NCBI GenBank assembly: GCA_047150005.1
Contig: AP038806.1
Location: forward strand, 544,001 to 608,000
DNA: 64,000 bases
Source: Nitrospira sp.
Lineage (GTDB): Bacteria; Nitrospirota; Nitrospiria; Nitrospirales; Nitrospiraceae
Direction of reading: 5' to 3'
The notes beneath the pieces are model-generated. The model saw nothing but the letters and a program-made list of their open reading frames with translations. It made no database searches and had not been told where the DNA came from. The translations under genes and the position numbers were made by a program. Positions 46,380 through 56,544 of the stretch are shown here, piece after piece. The stretch's first letter is position 1; the number at the start of each line of letters is the position of its first letter.

Positions 46380-47399
46380 ATGAATCCGTCATTCTCCAGT
46401 TACCTCGTCAACGATGTATTCGGCGATCCCGGCGTGTACGTGGACGTGCGCTGGTCGAGGCGCGCGTTGCTCTTCGACCTCGGCCAGAACGATACGTTGG
46501 GGCCGACCAGGCTGCTGCGGGCCGGCGACATCTTCATCTCGCACACGCACGTGGATCACTTCATCGGATTCGACGCGGTCCTGCGCGTGGCCCTCGGGCG
46601 GGGCAAGACGGTCTGCCTGTTCGGTCCTCCCGGCCTTATCGACAATGTGACCGGGAAACTCCGCGGCTACACGTGGAACCTGGTGGACGGCTATCCCCTC
46701 AGGCTGGATGTTCGAGAGTTCCATGCCCGACAGGTCCGGCGGATGCGTTTTCATGCGAGCGACGGGTTCACTCCGGTGGAGGAGGCTTCTTCGTTCCTGA
46801 CTCCGGATCCTGCGACCGGTCAGTTCGTGGTCCTCGAGGACCCCATGTTCACCGTACGTGCGGTTGCCTTGAACCACAGAATCCCATCGTTTGCCTATGC
46901 GCTGGAAGAACAGTTTCATATCAACGTGAACAGGCAGCGGCTGCACGAGGCGGGCCTGCCGGTCGGCTCGTGGCTCAAGGACGTCAAACAACACATCTGG
47001 CAGGGCCGAGCCGACGATTTCCGCTTCACCGCCACGTTGTATGACGAGCATCGACGCGAAGAGCGCGACTTCCTCCTGGGCGACGTGAAGGAGCGGTTTC
47101 TCACGATCTCGCGCGGGCAGAAAATCGTCTATGTCGTGGACACCCGCTTCGATCCGGACAACGAGGCCAAGATCGTCGCCTTGGCGCATGAGGCCGATAC
47201 GCTCTACTGCGAGTCCCCCTATCTCGACGCCGATGCGGCCAAGGCTTTCGATCGCTATCACCTCACGGCCCGGCAAGCCGGGTCGATGGCGCGCAAGGCC
47301 GGGGTACGGGATTTGGTCGTCTTTCACTTTTCTCCGCGGTATACAGGGCAAGGCGACGCGATCGAACGGGAAGCCATGGACGCGTTCCGCGGTTATTGA
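46380..47399 (+). CDS. RNase Z-like metallo-beta-lactamase
   Basis: FGDP, LFDLG, SHTHVDHF, LNHRIP, HLTA, FHFSPRY. Confidence 0.88.
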   Translation: MNPSFSSYLVNDVFGDPGVYVDVRWSRRALLFDLGQNDTLGPTRLLRAGDIFISHTHVDHFIGFDAVLRVALGRGKTVCLFGPPGLIDNVTGKLRGYTWNLVDGYPLRLDVREFHARQVRRMRFHASDGFTPVEEASSFLTPDPATGQFVVLEDPMFTVRAVALNHRIPSFAYALEEQFHINVNRQRLHEAGLPVGSWLKDVKQHIWQGRADDFRFTATLYDEHRREERDFLLGDVKERFLTISRGQKIVYVVDTRFDPDNEAKIVALAHEADTLYCESPYLDADAAKAFDRYHLTARQAGSMARKAGVRDLVVFHFSPRYTGQGDAIEREAMDAFRGY

Positions 47400-47411
47400 G
47401 GAGACTCTGTC

Positions 47412-47750
47412 GTGAATGACCTCGTCAAGTATGGCGTGTATTTCTTGCTCGGGGGCACAATCGTCAGCCTGTCGACCTACTTGGGCTCACAAGGACGTTC
47501 TTTTCTCGCCGCCTTCGCCAGTACGTTTCCAGCCATTACCGGCGCGACGTTCCTTCTGATCTACTTGAACGACGGCACGGACTCTCTCGTGGGCTACGCG
47601 AAGAACCTCTTATGGTTCATCCCGCCGTGGATCGTCTACGTCGTCAGCATGATCGTCGGGGTTCCGCGTCTGGGATTCTGGCCGGGCGCCGCCATGTCGC
47701 TGACGCTGTATATGATGTGTATTGCCCTCCTGAGGATGACGCTACGATGA
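47412..47750 (+). CDS. DUF3147-like membrane protein
   Basis: Four TM helices; FLLGG.IV...LAAF..TFP.IT. Confidence 0.65.
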   Translation: MNDLVKYGVYFLLGGTIVSLSTYLGSQGRSFLAAFASTFPAITGATFLLIYLNDGTDSLVGYAKNLLWFIPPWIVYVVSMIVGVPRLGFWPGAAMSLTLYMMCIALLRMTLR

Positions 47751-47881
47751 CCGCCGGCACGCCTCATGTGATTCTTCGCGCTCGAAACGGTGTGAGCAGC
47801 CTGAGTTCCGGGCTACGGCCCGGCGAGGGAATGATGACGCTCGGTTATTGGAGGGACAGGGTGAATCGGATGGAAGCGGCG

Positions 47882-48457
47882 CTAGGAAGCGCCGAAGTGC
47901 AGACGGCTCATCTCTCTCATCACCAACACCAATTGCTCGATGGTCTCGGTGACGGCCGCGCTGGCCTTGTGCGACGGGCCTTGGCCGCCGGCCCAGATGT
48001 CCGGAGGATTATCCAGTTCCAACACGTTCTGACAGAATCTGGTCAATGAGTGCTTCCAATAGATGCCGTCCTGCTCCTGCTGGATGAAATGATCCCGGTC
48101 CTCCGAAAAGGGCCGGTCGAATTGTCTGGCTCGCATCTGCCACATCTGCTCCATGGCCTGCTGCCGTTCCCGGCTGAACTCCAACGTCGTGGCCTTTTCG
48201 TTCAAGGCGGCAAACAGCCCCCCGATCACCCGCTCGACCTCGGATTCAGGAAACATGCCGACACAGGATTGCACCACGAGATATTTGTGGAACAGAAAGG
48301 CTTCGGCGCTGACGCGGGCCTCGTTCGCCGACGGGTCGTAGGCCCGCGCCAATTCCTTCAGGGCCTCGCCGGATCGCCCTTCGAGACTTGAGCCGAGCAG
48401 GACCGCCAATTGCCGGCCTAGGCTCAGATAGTCAGATGGCGTAGAAGACCGTGCCAT
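47882..48457 (-). CDS. Hypothetical protein
   Basis: 191-aa ORF with GGAG RBS; no recognisable motif. Confidence 0.65.
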   Translation of the reverse strand: MARSSTPSDYLSLGRQLAVLLGSSLEGRSGEALKELARAYDPSANEARVSAEAFLFHKYLVVQSCVGMFPESEVERVIGGLFAALNEKATTLEFSRERQQAMEQMWQMRARQFDRPFSEDRDHFIQQEQDGIYWKHSLTRFCQNVLELDNPPDIWAGGQGPSHKASAAVTETIEQLVLVMREMSRLHFGAS

Positions 48458-48604
48458 ACGAATCGCGACTCCTCTCGTCCGGTCGGTGCGCCGACCCCGT
48501 CATGTGATACGCACCCGCGAAGCACACCGCCCCATATTCTCATTCAGCGGGGGAATCCCCAAGACAAAGCGGCATTCCTTCCTCTCGCCACCTAAGCCGC
48601 TTCA

Positions 48605-48633
48605 TTGAAGACACCGGCGGCTCTTGCTAGGAT
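48605..48633 (+). promoter_or_regulatory. Putative uvrA promoter
   Basis: TTGAAG-17nt-TAGGAT. Confidence 0.5.
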
Positions 48634-48663
48634 GACCGATCTTGCCCTGCTCGGGAGAAACGC

Positions 48664-51543
48664 GTGTCGCCGCCTATGAAGCCCGAATCCACGGTCCGCA
48701 GCCTGATTGTCGAAGGGGCGCGGCAAAACAACCTCAAGAATATTTCCCTCACCCTGCCTCACGATCGCGTCACCGCCGTGACCGGACTGTCCGGATCGGG
48801 AAAGTCCTCATTGGCCTTCGACACGCTGTTTGCCGAGGGACAATGGCGCTACGTCGAATCACTCTCGACCTATGCGCGGATGTTTCTCGAAAAAGTCTCC
48901 CGTCCCGACGTCGATCGCATCCTCAACGTCCGCCCGGCGATCGCCATCGAGCAGAAAAACCAGGTGCGCACCGCCCGCTCGACCGTGGGGACCTCCACCG
49001 AGATCGCCGACCTGCTGCGTCTGCTGTTCGCCAAAATCGGTAAGCCGATCTGTCCGGACTGCGGCCTAGAAGCCCGGGCCTTTCATCCGGACACGGTGGT
49101 CGATGACCTGCTCGCCCGTTTCTCCGGCGCACGGGCCATGATCCTCTTCCCGATCGGCGCCCCGACCGCCAAGCAGGAACAAGACTTCCGGCAGGCCCTG
49201 CTGACCAGAGGCTATGCCCGCCTCAAGGTCGGAGAGGAGGTCGTCGATTTGCACGACGCGCAGCCGCTTTTTCGAACAGGAGGCGCTCCGTACGTCGTGC
49301 TCGATCGCCTGGTCCTTGGACAGGACAACCGGTCGCGTCTCGTAGAGGCCGTGGAAACCGCGTTTCGTGAGGGAGAGGGCCGGTGCGCCGTCGACGTGAT
49401 CGGCAGCGGCATGCAGACCTACAGCAGCGGGTTTTTTTGTCAGCGCTGCGGCCGGACATTCGAGCCCCTGAGGCCCGTCTTGTTTTCGTTCAATCACCCA
49501 CTCGGCGCCTGCCCCGAATGCAAAGGCTTCGGCAACGTCTTGCGGTACGATCCGGAGCTGGTGATTCCCGATCACGGAAAATCCCTTGCTCAGGGGGCCG
49601 TCGAACCCTGGAGCAAGGCCGGCACCGACTGGTGGCAGAAGCAGATGTTGCTGGCCATGAAGCGACAGGGAGTGGACCTCTCGGCGCCCTTCAAGAACCT
49701 GTCTGAGTCGGTTCGGGACCTCCTCTGGAAGGGTAACAAGTCCTTCGACGGTATCAACGATTTCTTCACGTACATGGAAGGCAAGCGCTACAAGCTGCAC
49801 GTCCGTGTCCTCCTCAGCCGCTATCGCACGCCCGTCAGCTGCCCGAGCTGTCACGGCAGCCGGCTGAAGCCGCAGGCCCGCTATGTGAAGGTCGGCGACA
49901 AGGACATCCACCACGTCGCCGAGATGACGGTCGAAGGTGCCGTCGCATGGCTGAACGACCTGACCCTGAGGCCGTTCGAGATGGTGATCGCCGCGGACCT
50001 GATCAGACACTTGCGTGCCAAGCTGGGATTCCTGGCGCGGGTGGGACTCGGCTATCTTACATTGGACAGGCAGACCAGAAGCCTCTCAGGCGGAGAGGCG
50101 CAGCGCGTGTCGCTGGCCAACCAGCTCGGCGCGAGGTTGGTCGGGACACTGTACGTGCTCGACGAGCCGACCATTGGACTGCACGCACGAGACACCGCCC
50201 TGCTCGCGGAGATTCTCAAGGATCTCGCGGCAGCCGGCAACACTGTCGTGGTCGTCGAGCACGACCGCCGGATGATCGAGTCCGCCGACTATATCGTGGA
50301 GTTGGGACCGCAGTCCGGCGAGAAGGGAGGGGAAGTCGTCTGCGCCGCTCCGGCGAAGGAATTTCTGTCAGACCGAAATGCGATCACAGCGCGTTACCTT
50401 CGCGGCGAGGAGCAGATTCCGGTACCGAGAACGCGCCGCCGAGGCAACGGCAAGCTGCTGGTCGTTGCCGGCGCGAGTGAACACAACCTGAAAGATCTCC
50501 TCGTCCGGCTTCCGCTGCACATGCTGATCTGCGTCACCGGAGTCTCGGGATCCGGCAAGAGCACGTTGGTCGAAGACATCCTGTATCGCGCGCTGGCCCG
50601 TGCATTTCGCGTGGAATCGCTGCCGATGGGCCGGTTCTCCGCCATCAAAGGGATCGAGCACCTCAACGGCGTCCGACTGATCGACCAGCAGCCGATCGGA
50701 CGGACGCCGAGATCCAACCCCATTACCTATTTGAAGGCGTTTGAGGAGATCAGACGGTTGTTCGCCTCCGAGCGAGACGCGTTGCGCCGGAACTTCACGC
50801 CGGGACATTTCTCATTCAATGCGGCGGGCGGGCGGTGCGAACGCTGCGAAGGCAGCGGCGTGGAAAAACTGGAAATGTATTTTTTCGAAGATATCTATGT
50901 GCCCTGCGAAGTGTGTGAGGGGAAACGATTCAAACCCGACGTCCTGGCCATCCGCCATCGAGGAAAGAACATCTCCGATGTGCTCGCGATGACGGCGGAC
51001 GAAGCCCTGTCGTTTTTTTCCGGTGTGCCCAAACTGCAGGAGCGCCTGCATCTGCTCTCCTCCATCGGTTTGGGATACCTGCGCCTGGGACAATCCGCCA
51101 CGACCCTCTCCGGAGGTGAAGCCCAGCGGCTCAAGATCGCCGCCGAGCTGGCTATGAACGGGGATGGGCATCGGAAGGGGACCGTCCCCGCAAGGGACCG
51201 TCCCCGTTCCTCCTGGACCGACAGGGACGGGCACCGTCATGGGCGGAGCCAGTCCCCGGGCATGCTCTACATCATGGATGAACCGACGACAGGACTACAC
51301 CTCGACGACGTCAAGAAACTGTTGGCGGTCCTTCACAGACTCGTCGACGCGGGCAATACGGTGCTCGTGGTCGAGCACAATCTGGACGTGATCAAGTCCG
51401 CCGATTGGATCATCGATCTCGGACCGGAGGGAGGCGAAGCCGGCGGCCGGATCGTCGCCGAGGGACGACCCGAACAGGTGGCGAAAGCGGAGGAGTCGCA
51501 TACAGGACGATTCCTGGCAGAGTCCTTAGCCTCTACGCAGTGA
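48664..51543 (+). CDS. uvrA: Excinuclease ABC subunit A
   Basis: GARQNNLK, GLSGSGKSSLAFDT, zinc fingers, two LSGGEAQR/DEPT cassettes; about 30-aa repeat-derived insert. Confidence 0.97.
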   Translation: MSPPMKPESTVRSLIVEGARQNNLKNISLTLPHDRVTAVTGLSGSGKSSLAFDTLFAEGQWRYVESLSTYARMFLEKVSRPDVDRILNVRPAIAIEQKNQVRTARSTVGTSTEIADLLRLLFAKIGKPICPDCGLEARAFHPDTVVDDLLARFSGARAMILFPIGAPTAKQEQDFRQALLTRGYARLKVGEEVVDLHDAQPLFRTGGAPYVVLDRLVLGQDNRSRLVEAVETAFREGEGRCAVDVIGSGMQTYSSGFFCQRCGRTFEPLRPVLFSFNHPLGACPECKGFGNVLRYDPELVIPDHGKSLAQGAVEPWSKAGTDWWQKQMLLAMKRQGVDLSAPFKNLSESVRDLLWKGNKSFDGINDFFTYMEGKRYKLHVRVLLSRYRTPVSCPSCHGSRLKPQARYVKVGDKDIHHVAEMTVEGAVAWLNDLTLRPFEMVIAADLIRHLRAKLGFLARVGLGYLTLDRQTRSLSGGEAQRVSLANQLGARLVGTLYVLDEPTIGLHARDTALLAEILKDLAAAGNTVVVVEHDRRMIESADYIVELGPQSGEKGGEVVCAAPAKEFLSDRNAITARYLRGEEQIPVPRTRRRGNGKLLVVAGASEHNLKDLLVRLPLHMLICVTGVSGSGKSTLVEDILYRALARAFRVESLPMGRFSAIKGIEHLNGVRLIDQQPIGRTPRSNPITYLKAFEEIRRLFASERDALRRNFTPGHFSFNAAGGRCERCEGSGVEKLEMYFFEDIYVPCEVCEGKRFKPDVLAIRHRGKNISDVLAMTADEALSFFSGVPKLQERLHLLSSIGLGYLRLGQSATTLSGGEAQRLKIAAELAMNGDGHRKGTVPARDRPRSSWTDRDGHRHGRSQSPGMLYIMDEPTTGLHLDDVKKLLAVLHRLVDAGNTVLVVEHNLDVIKSADWIIDLGPEGGEAGGRIVAEGRPEQVAKAEESHTGRFLAESLASTQ
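51160..51257. repeat. Composite palindromic repeat inserted in frame in uvrA
   Basis: GGGGACCGTCCCC (51177-51189), GGGACCGTCCC (51194-51204), GGGACGGGCACCGTC-ATG-GGCGGAGCCAGTCCC (51224-51256). Confidence 0.85.
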
Positions 51544-51585
51544 TCTGATGAGAGTATTCGGCCACTGGAATCCTGAGCTTCCCCG

Positions 51586-52974
51586 TCATTCGGCCTGCTG
51601 CTCGTCCTTCTTCTCTTCTTGTGGCGCATGCCCTCCGGCCAATCGCTTCTGCAGATACTGCTTGCTGACAGTGGTAATGAGAAAGGCCAACCCGATAGCG
51701 ATGGGAACGAACACCGCCGACGCGATATTGGCGTTCTTGATCCATCCCGCCTCGTAGAGCCCTTTGAGAATGTACCCCGCCAATCCTGCCAGGTAATAGG
51801 CGATGACGATCACCGACAGGCCCTCGACCGTATGCTGGAGGATCACCTGGCTCTTCGTGGTCTTGTCCACGCTTTGCAGAAGCGCGAGATTCTGTGCTTG
51901 AAGAATCAGATCCACACGCGCCCGGATGATTGAAATGATGCCTTCAAAGCCGCCTCGGAGGGTGTCGATTCGACGGAGCAGCTGCTGATAACCCTCCGCC
52001 ACGCCCGTAATGCCGCCGAGCACATAATCGGAGATCGGACGATACGAGTCCAGGGGGTGCTCTGCCAGCGAGGCCAACGTGGCATGCACGATCTTGTCGT
52101 ATGGCAGCGACGCGGACAGTTCAAAGTGGAGCCGGCCCGCGATACGATTGGTCTTGAGCAGATCCTGAGTGAGGCTGTTCAGCCACCGCTGCAGCGTCTG
52201 CGAATCCGCATGGCCGATGTGGCCGCTGATGACTTCGCGCTGCTTCAAGTGAACCTGTTCGAATTTATACACCTGATCTACGGCGGCGGAGAACAAGGGC
52301 TTCTGCATCAGCAACAGATGGTAGTAGGTCTCGATCCGGACGATGGCATCGACGATATCTTTAAGCCGCGATGCGACCCTCTGCGGCTGTCCCACGCTGA
52401 CCCAATACCGTTCGCGCCCCTGCTCATCCGGGGTAAAGCTCGTCACCACGCTGGTCTGTTCGTCGAGAATCCGGCTCCCGTACAACACCGGCCCCGGCAA
52501 TACCACTCTCATGCGCTCGCGCGACGGCACTGCATCCAAGGCCAGCAGGATGTCGAGACGGCACACTTCCGTGCCGAGCGGCGTCACGGGGAATTGATAC
52601 CCGGGAAAGGTCAAAGCACCGAAGGACGTCTCAGCCCATGTCGGGAGAGGCAGATGCCAGAGCTGGTAATTGTAATACTCGGTATGGGCCTGCCAGACGA
52701 CGATCAACCGTTCTCCGGTCGCCGTCTCCTTGACCCCGTAGCCGAACGTTTCGTGCAGGAACACCTGTTCGTCCGGCACGGAAAAGGCGGAGAGGATTGA
52801 TTGGAATTCCTCCCGGCTGGCCTTGCGTTGCACCGGAGGATCGGACATCCGAAAGGCCATGTAGTGGACGTGGGCCGGAGCCCTGAGCCATTCGATCAGC
52901 GGCGTCTGCGGCCGCTCGTGGAGTCTCTTCAGCATGGCCTCGGTTCCGAACTGCGAGGGCTCTCGTTCAGTCAT
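51586..52974 (-). CDS. DUF3422-family membrane-anchored protein
   Basis: LHERP, WQAHTEY, IETY, LQHTVEGLSVIVIAYY, two C-terminal TM helices. Confidence 0.85.
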   Translation of the reverse strand: MTEREPSQFGTEAMLKRLHERPQTPLIEWLRAPAHVHYMAFRMSDPPVQRKASREEFQSILSAFSVPDEQVFLHETFGYGVKETATGERLIVVWQAHTEYYNYQLWHLPLPTWAETSFGALTFPGYQFPVTPLGTEVCRLDILLALDAVPSRERMRVVLPGPVLYGSRILDEQTSVVTSFTPDEQGRERYWVSVGQPQRVASRLKDIVDAIVRIETYYHLLLMQKPLFSAAVDQVYKFEQVHLKQREVISGHIGHADSQTLQRWLNSLTQDLLKTNRIAGRLHFELSASLPYDKIVHATLASLAEHPLDSYRPISDYVLGGITGVAEGYQQLLRRIDTLRGGFEGIISIIRARVDLILQAQNLALLQSVDKTTKSQVILQHTVEGLSVIVIAYYLAGLAGYILKGLYEAGWIKNANIASAVFVPIAIGLAFLITTVSKQYLQKRLAGGHAPQEEKKDEQQAE

Positions 52975-53079
52975 CGCTCCCCCTTTACGCGGTCATCACG
53001 ACGTGATCCGGTTCCTCAGCGGCTCCGCCGGAACGGGCAACCGGAGCCGGCGTCGGCACATCGACACGGCACCCGGCGG

Positions 53080-54324
53080 CTACAATCCCGGCCGCTTGTC
53101 CGCCTTGACCATCAGATGCAACGGCTCGTCGGTTCGTCGTACGTCCAGCTCCAGGATTTCGCCGGCCTGCACCTGGCACAGGCGCTTGGCGTCACGCTCG
53201 TTCTTCGCGGTCGTCAAGGACGCTCCGTTGCAGGCCACGATTCGATCGCCGACCTTGAGCCCCGCCTTCTCGGCCGGCAGCCCGCTGCGAAGCTCGCGCA
53301 CCAGATAGAACCGCGCGCCCCGCTCCTCGAGCAGCTCCCAGTTCACGCCGATCCGTCCCGACCCGAGCAGTCCGGTTTGTGCGCCGAACCGCGCAAGGAT
53401 GCGGTGGACGATCAACCGCGCGGAACCCTCGGGATCGTCGGTTGTGGGATCCATCAGATGGCCCTCGCCGTTGAACAGCAGCAGCCCGGTCTCGACGTCG
53501 ATCATGCGCAGAGCCAACGACACGCTGTGCATCCGATCCTGTGGACGCCGCTCCCACTGTTGCACCTCGCCGACGATGATAGCCTGTGCGCCGACCAGTC
53601 TTCCGACCTTCAACACGTTGGCGTCGTCCGCATGGGTCAGCTGAATTACCTGCTCTTTCAACACTTCATCCAGCTTGGCCCGCTCCACCATGTGGATGTC
53701 GAGATCGAGCATCAACGTCGTGACGATCCCGGTCACGCGCGAGCCGGATCCACGTGCGCCGGCTGCGTCTTCGAACAGCATGACGGCCATCGTTCGATAG
53801 CGATCGATGCTCTCGCGATCGATGGGACCGTTGCCGGTCACGACGGGTTCCAGGCGGCCGTTGACCGTCTGCGCGGCCTGTACACCGGTCGCGACGCAGG
53901 CTTTCCTCCGCTGCAGAATGGCGGCAGGGGGACCCCAGGCGCAAAGTTCCTCGTTGACCATCACCACATGATGCGGATATTCCCGTTGCTGGTCCGCCGC
54001 AATATTGGTGAACGGATAGAAGAGGCATCCGCCGATCCAGACCGAAATGGGACAGAGCGCAAGTTCGTACAACCATTGTTTGCGCGCCGTGAGCGAATAT
54101 TCCCAGACAAGCAGCCGGCCGTCATCCCGCAGGACCCGGTCGGGCCGGCCGATTTCTTCCACAACCTGCGTCTTGGTCATCGGAACCGACAGGCGATCGA
54201 GCTTGGACTCCGATTTGACGATCGTATACGCCACCCCACACCCGGATGCCCCCGCGGCGAGACCCACGACCGCAACCATGTTGAAGAAGAGCCGGCTTCG
54301 TTGTGCAGCCGCAGACCGTCGCAT
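53080..54324 (-). CDS. Lipoprotein with CsgG-like and PDZ domains
   Basis: Lipobox ASGC; VERAKLDEVLKEQ...GRLVGAQAIIVG...RMIDVETG; PAEKAGLKVGDRI; start uncertain. Confidence 0.75.
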   Translation of the reverse strand: MRRSAAAQRSRLFFNMVAVVGLAAGASGCGVAYTIVKSESKLDRLSVPMTKTQVVEEIGRPDRVLRDDGRLLVWEYSLTARKQWLYELALCPISVWIGGCLFYPFTNIAADQQREYPHHVVMVNEELCAWGPPAAILQRRKACVATGVQAAQTVNGRLEPVVTGNGPIDRESIDRYRTMAVMLFEDAAGARGSGSRVTGIVTTLMLDLDIHMVERAKLDEVLKEQVIQLTHADDANVLKVGRLVGAQAIIVGEVQQWERRPQDRMHSVSLALRMIDVETGLLLFNGEGHLMDPTTDDPEGSARLIVHRILARFGAQTGLLGSGRIGVNWELLEERGARFYLVRELRSGLPAEKAGLKVGDRIVACNGASLTTAKNERDAKRLCQVQAGEILELDVRRTDEPLHLMVKADKRPGL

Positions 54325-54474
54325 CGGCGGCAGCGTACCATGAGGTACAGGTCGCTGCAATGCGACGGCGAGACCGTCCGAGTGCATCGCGCGACGATGC
54401 GGCAGGGTCGGCCGCGGGAGGGTCAGTGGTCAAATACTATCGGGGTGAGCGGTGACGGAACACCCGATGGAGGC

Positions 54475-55035
54475 TCAGTTCAGGCAAGGGTCGAGGGGCA
54501 TGTCGGCATAGTGCCGGTACTCTTCGCCCAATGTGCTGACGATATCGGGCCAGATACGCAAAGGATCCTTCTCGAAGACGATGCTGGGATCTGCCGGTAT
54601 GGTGATCCAGGACCCGGTTTTCATCTCCGACTCAAGCTGTCCTGGTCCCCAGCCCGAATATCCGACATAGGCGCGAAAGGCCTCCCGCCCTTGATTGGCG
54701 GTGAGAATCCGATCGACGAGTTCGACATCCCCACCCAGACATACACCGTCGAACACGTGGTGCGAATTGTCGGGCATCTGGTTCAGCCGATAGAGCAACA
54801 TCACTTGATTCGGCTGGACCGGCCCCCCCGAAAACAGCACGTGCCGTTGTCCTTCCAGCACGGGGACGTGGGGCAAGGCCTCCGACACGGACATGGCGGT
54901 CGGACGATTCACGACGACTCCCAACGCCCCATCCGCGCCGTGTTCACACAGCAGCACCACGGTCTGCCGGAAATTCGGGTCACGAAGCGACGGAGCCGCA
55001 ATGAGGAAAATGCCCTTGCCTAGTGGGAGTTGCAT
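54475..55035 (-). CDS. YqgE/AlgH family protein
   Basis: LIAAP.L.DPNF..TVVLLCEH...GALGVVVNRP, GGPV, GYSGWGPGQLE.E. Confidence 0.95.
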   Translation of the reverse strand: MQLPLGKGIFLIAAPSLRDPNFRQTVVLLCEHGADGALGVVVNRPTAMSVSEALPHVPVLEGQRHVLFSGGPVQPNQVMLLYRLNQMPDNSHHVFDGVCLGGDVELVDRILTANQGREAFRAYVGYSGWGPGQLESEMKTGSWITIPADPSIVFEKDPLRIWPDIVSTLGEEYRHYADMPLDPCLN

Positions 55036-55189
55036 ACAGCTTATCCTATCGCGCCGTCCCGTCACACGCAAGCCGGTCGTTGCTCATTGTCGCCTCCGAA
55101 GAAAATCGTGCGACGCGTCGTACGCGCCGCGGCGACAATGCGTGGATCCGCTGCCGGAGAAATCGATCGAGACGGTTACCGCGAGACGT

Positions 55190-55978
55190 TTACCGATAGA
55201 GAGATTCCCGTCGATCACGAAGCAGATCATTATACGGAGTGACCGCTTTGTCGCGAGCTTGAGCGGGATCGATCTCGACGATGCAGACGTCTTCCTGATC
55301 GCGCGGCGACCGGTGGAGGATCTCCCCTCGGGGATTGACGATCTCGCTGTTGCCGATATACACGAGCGGCGCCTTCCCTCCGCGGGATTCCGAGCCGATA
55401 CGGTTGCACGTCACGGAAAAAACGCGATTCTCCAGACAACGGACCGGCATGGAATCCGGACAGTTCGGCAATACCAGATTCGACGGATGGCAGATGATAT
55501 CGGCGCCTTGTAGGGCCAACGTGCGCGCCGATTCCGGATAGTACCAGTCAAAACAGATCATCACTCCGATCCGGGCGCGACCGATGTCCCATACGCGAAA
55601 GCCCGTGTCACCGGGAGTGAAGAACAGCCTCTCCTCGAAAAACAAATGGGTCTTCCGATAGGACCCGATGAAACCCTTGGGGCCGACCACCACGGCGGAG
55701 TTATACAGGAGGGAACCGGCCCGTTCCGCGAGTCCCGCCACGACGACCATGTGCTTTTTACGGGCGAGCTCGATCAGCCGTGCGGTGGTGGGGCCGTCGG
55801 GAATGGGCTCGGCCAGTTCGCGTACTTCAGCCTGCGAGACGAATTGATACCCGGACACGCAGAGTTCCGGCAGCACGATCAGGTCTGCCTCGACGGCCTC
55901 GAGCCTGGAGGAGATCGCTTCGAGGTTCGCCGAGGTCTTGCCGAATTCCGGATTGCTCTGGTAGTAGCCGACGCGCAC
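55190..55978 (-). CDS. Carbon-nitrogen hydrolase (nitrilase superfamily)
   Basis: LPEL, YRKTHLF, ICFDW (E-K-C triad). Confidence 0.93.
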   Translation of the reverse strand: MRVGYYQSNPEFGKTSANLEAISSRLEAVEADLIVLPELCVSGYQFVSQAEVRELAEPIPDGPTTARLIELARKKHMVVVAGLAERAGSLLYNSAVVVGPKGFIGSYRKTHLFFEERLFFTPGDTGFRVWDIGRARIGVMICFDWYYPESARTLALQGADIICHPSNLVLPNCPDSMPVRCLENRVFSVTCNRIGSESRGGKAPLVYIGNSEIVNPRGEILHRSPRDQEDVCIVEIDPAQARDKAVTPYNDLLRDRRESLYR

Positions 55979-56037
55979 GACAGACTCCTCTCACTCAACC
56001 GCGGGAGAAGTCACCGACTCCACCCCTGAGACAGAAA

Positions 56038-56063
56038 CGGGCAGGGATTACGATCCCTGCCCG
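56038..56063 (-). terminator. Rho-independent terminator after smbP
   Basis: CGGGCAGGGAT-tacg-ATCCCTGCCCG, followed by TTTCTGT on the minus strand. Confidence 0.65.
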
Positions 56064-56111
56064 CTCCAAACTGCAATCCGGAAACCGGTAACGGAAAATA
56101 CTCAGCGCGGT

Positions 56112-56453
56112 TTACTTCACCTCAGACAGGTGCGTCACGGCGCCTTCGGCATGCTTCGTGGCCACATCGGCATGTCCGGCCTTGCCATGCTCAACCGCCT
56201 CCTGAAGGTGCTTGACTCCCTCGTCCAGATGCGGATTCTTCATGTCCTTTTGGGCGGCTTGCGCATGCTTCAGCGCACCTTCGGCGTGCTTCGTCAATGC
56301 GTCCGCATGACCCTGCTTACCATGCTCCACCGCCTCTTTGGCGTGTTCGACGGCTTCACTGACATGCTTGTTGTCCGCCTGAGCAACCAGCGGCATGCCG
56401 AGCAACGCCACAGCCGCCAGCAGAAGCGTTCCGCGTTGGATTGTCACCTTCAT
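56112..56453 (-). CDS. smbP: Small metal-binding protein SmbP
   Basis: Signal peptide, then His heptad repeats (HAKEAVEHGKQGHAD...HLQEAVEHGKAGHAD). Confidence 0.9.
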   Translation of the reverse strand: MKVTIQRGTLLLAAVALLGMPLVAQADNKHVSEAVEHAKEAVEHGKQGHADALTKHAEGALKHAQAAQKDMKNPHLDEGVKHLQEAVEHGKAGHADVATKHAEGAVTHLSEVK

Positions 56454-56544
56454 GGGGCCTCCTCTTATGGTTATCCGTTCGATGCGAGAGAGAGATGGAT
56501 AAGGACCGCTAATGTGTTCACCTTACACAGCCGTTTTTTGAGTG

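Noticed and set aside
48568..48612. GCCGCTTCATTGAAGAC, resembling the 3' end of a type I-G CRISPR repeat
   Set aside because: Single copy far from the cas genes; TTGAAG is better explained as the -35 box of the uvrA promoter.
16776..55023. Long opposite-strand ORFs (e.g. 16776-17936, 19797-21002, 21100-22803, 25198-26754, 34874-36535, 52801-55023)
   Set aside because: Shadow ORFs of well-supported genes in high-GC DNA, with no recognisable motifs.
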